DNA of 63,676 nt, filler included, from Octopus bimaculoides (lineage: Eukaryota): the NCBI RefSeq assembly GCF_001194135.2. It is 6 parts of 6 records of this genome, joined end to end, with 100 filler letters (N's around TTAATTAATTAA, not from the genome) between each part and the next. Parts side by side here need not be neighbours in the genome. Positions count along the whole stretch, not along the records: positions 61,767 to 63,676 come from NW_026436892.1; 5 more parts are not named here. One strand, 5' to 3'. The notes beneath the pieces were generated by a model that saw only the letters and a program-made list of their open reading frames with translations, was not told where the DNA came from and searched no databases. A program made the position numbers and the translations under genes. This document shows positions 62,291-63,676 of this stretch, in pieces; positions within the stretch are counted from its first letter, which is position 1, and every line of letters begins with the position of its first letter.

Positions 62291-63185
62291 TCGTTCTTCA
62301 ATACGAAAAAAAAAACGATAAAGAAACGATCCGTCTCAATATTGTCTCGGAAAGTTGTTTTTTTTTTTTTTAAATATTTACTACTGATTGCTTGAAGCTA
62401 ACTTTTTCCCTATACCTCGATCCCTGAATCTCACATTTATATATAACTTGTTCCTGATCTTGTGAACACTGTGTGGAAGACACGGGAATGGAGAAAATAA
62501 AATTAAACTATCTACTCCATTCCGTAACTCTTNNNNNNNNNNNNNNNNNNNNNNNNNNNNNNNNNNNNNNNNNNNNNNNNNNNNNNNNNNNNNNNNNNNN
62601 NNNNNNNNNNNNNNNNNNNNNNNNNNNNNNNNNNNNNNNNNNNNNNNNNNNNNNNNNNNNNNNNNNNNNNNNNNNNNNNNNNNNNNNNNNNNNNNNNNNN
62701 NNNNNNNNNNNNNNNNNNNNNNNNNNNNNNNNNNNNNNNNNNNNNNNNNNNNNNNNNNNNNNNNNNNNNNNNNNNNNNNNNNNNNNNNNNNNNNNNNNNN
62801 NNNNNNNNNNNNNNNNNNNNNNNNNNNNNNNNNNNNNNNNNNNNNNNNNNNNNNNNNNNNNNNNNNNNNNNNNNNNNNNNNNNNNNNNNNNNNNNNNNNN
62901 NNNNNNNNNNNNNNNNNNNNNNNNNNNNNNNNNNNNNNNNNNNNNNNNNNNNNNNNNNNNNNNNNNNNNNNNNNNNNNNNNNNNNNNNNNNNNNNNNNNN
63001 NNNNNNNNNNNNNNNNNNNNNNNNNNNNNNNNNNNNNNNNNNNNNNNNNNNNNNNNNNNNNNNNNNNNNNNNNNNNNNNNNNNNNNNNNNNNNNNNNNNN
63101 NNNNNNNNNNNNNNNNNNNNNNNNNNNNNNNNNNNNNNNNNNNNNNNNNNNNNNNNNNNNNNNNNNNNNNNNNNNNNNNNNNNNN

Positions 63186-63487
63186 CTTCTACCAATATCA
63201 TCTACTACATCTCCTGCTCTCTCTGGCCTTCTCTATACATCGGGCAAACGGGAAGCCGCTTGGCTAACCGGTTCACGGAACACCTCCGAAACATCCAACT
63301 CGGCAATGACACCCCGGTCTCGTGCCATTTCCGCTTTACCGGTCACTCTTTGCAACACCTGTCCGTGTTCGGATTGTCATTGCACAGGGGCCATCTGGAC
63401 TTCCATTTGCGCCGTGAACAAGGATTAATCTTCTCTCTTCGCTCCTTTGCCCCACATGGGCTCAACTCTCTTCCCCTCTTCATCTAA
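63186..63487 (+). mobile_element. Penelope-like element GIY-YIG endonuclease C-terminus followed by CT-rich 3' sequence
   Basis: STNIIYYISCSLWPSLYIGQTGSRLANRFTEHLRNIQLGNDTPVSCHFRFTGHSLQHLSVFGL..EQGLIFSLRSFAPHGLN: GIY-YIG motif, conserved R and EH, terminal P.GLN. Confidence 0.85.
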
Positions 63488-63676
63488 CCTCCTCTCCTCG
63501 CCTCTCTCCCCCTCACACTTACTTCCTCCCAGCCACCTCTCTTCTCTTGCTCCGACTCCTCTTCACTCCTACTCTCCTTCTCTCTTCTCACTGCTACCCA
63601 CCTTTTCCTTCCCACTTCATCGACATCGCTCATTCGTAAGCCCATCCCACCCTACACATTCCAACCCCACCTTCCC

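Overview
AT-rich, gap-ridden eukaryotic genomic DNA. The SINE families, microsatellite load and retroelement mix look like an octopod cephalopod, probably Octopus (inference from recalled repeat families, not a database search). No intact protein-coding gene, rRNA, tRNA gene or CRISPR array can be supported. Nearly all long ORFs in the supplied track are artefacts of N-gaps or microsatellites. The window is a mosaic of decayed mobile elements: R4/Dong-clade LINE fragments (two abutting (TAA)n tracts), RTE, L1/Tx1 and CR1-like LINE fragments, at least three kinds of Penelope-like element (PLE) fragments, tRNA-derived SINEs (often in tandem), mariner/Tigger/hAT-type DNA transposon relics and compound microsatellites. 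The most interesting signal is non-coding: several hammerhead ribozyme cores (CUGANGA-stem II-GAAA-short, often palindromic stem III-NUH). The best one (54174-54222) sits inside a 305-bp-period direct repeat just downstream of a decayed PLE endonuclease tail, i.e. a pseudo-LTR/retrozyme-like arrangement. A few splice-site-bounded candidate host exons are noted at low confidence. Five 44N-TTAATTAATTAA-44N blocks are assembly linkers. Most element boundaries are approximate.
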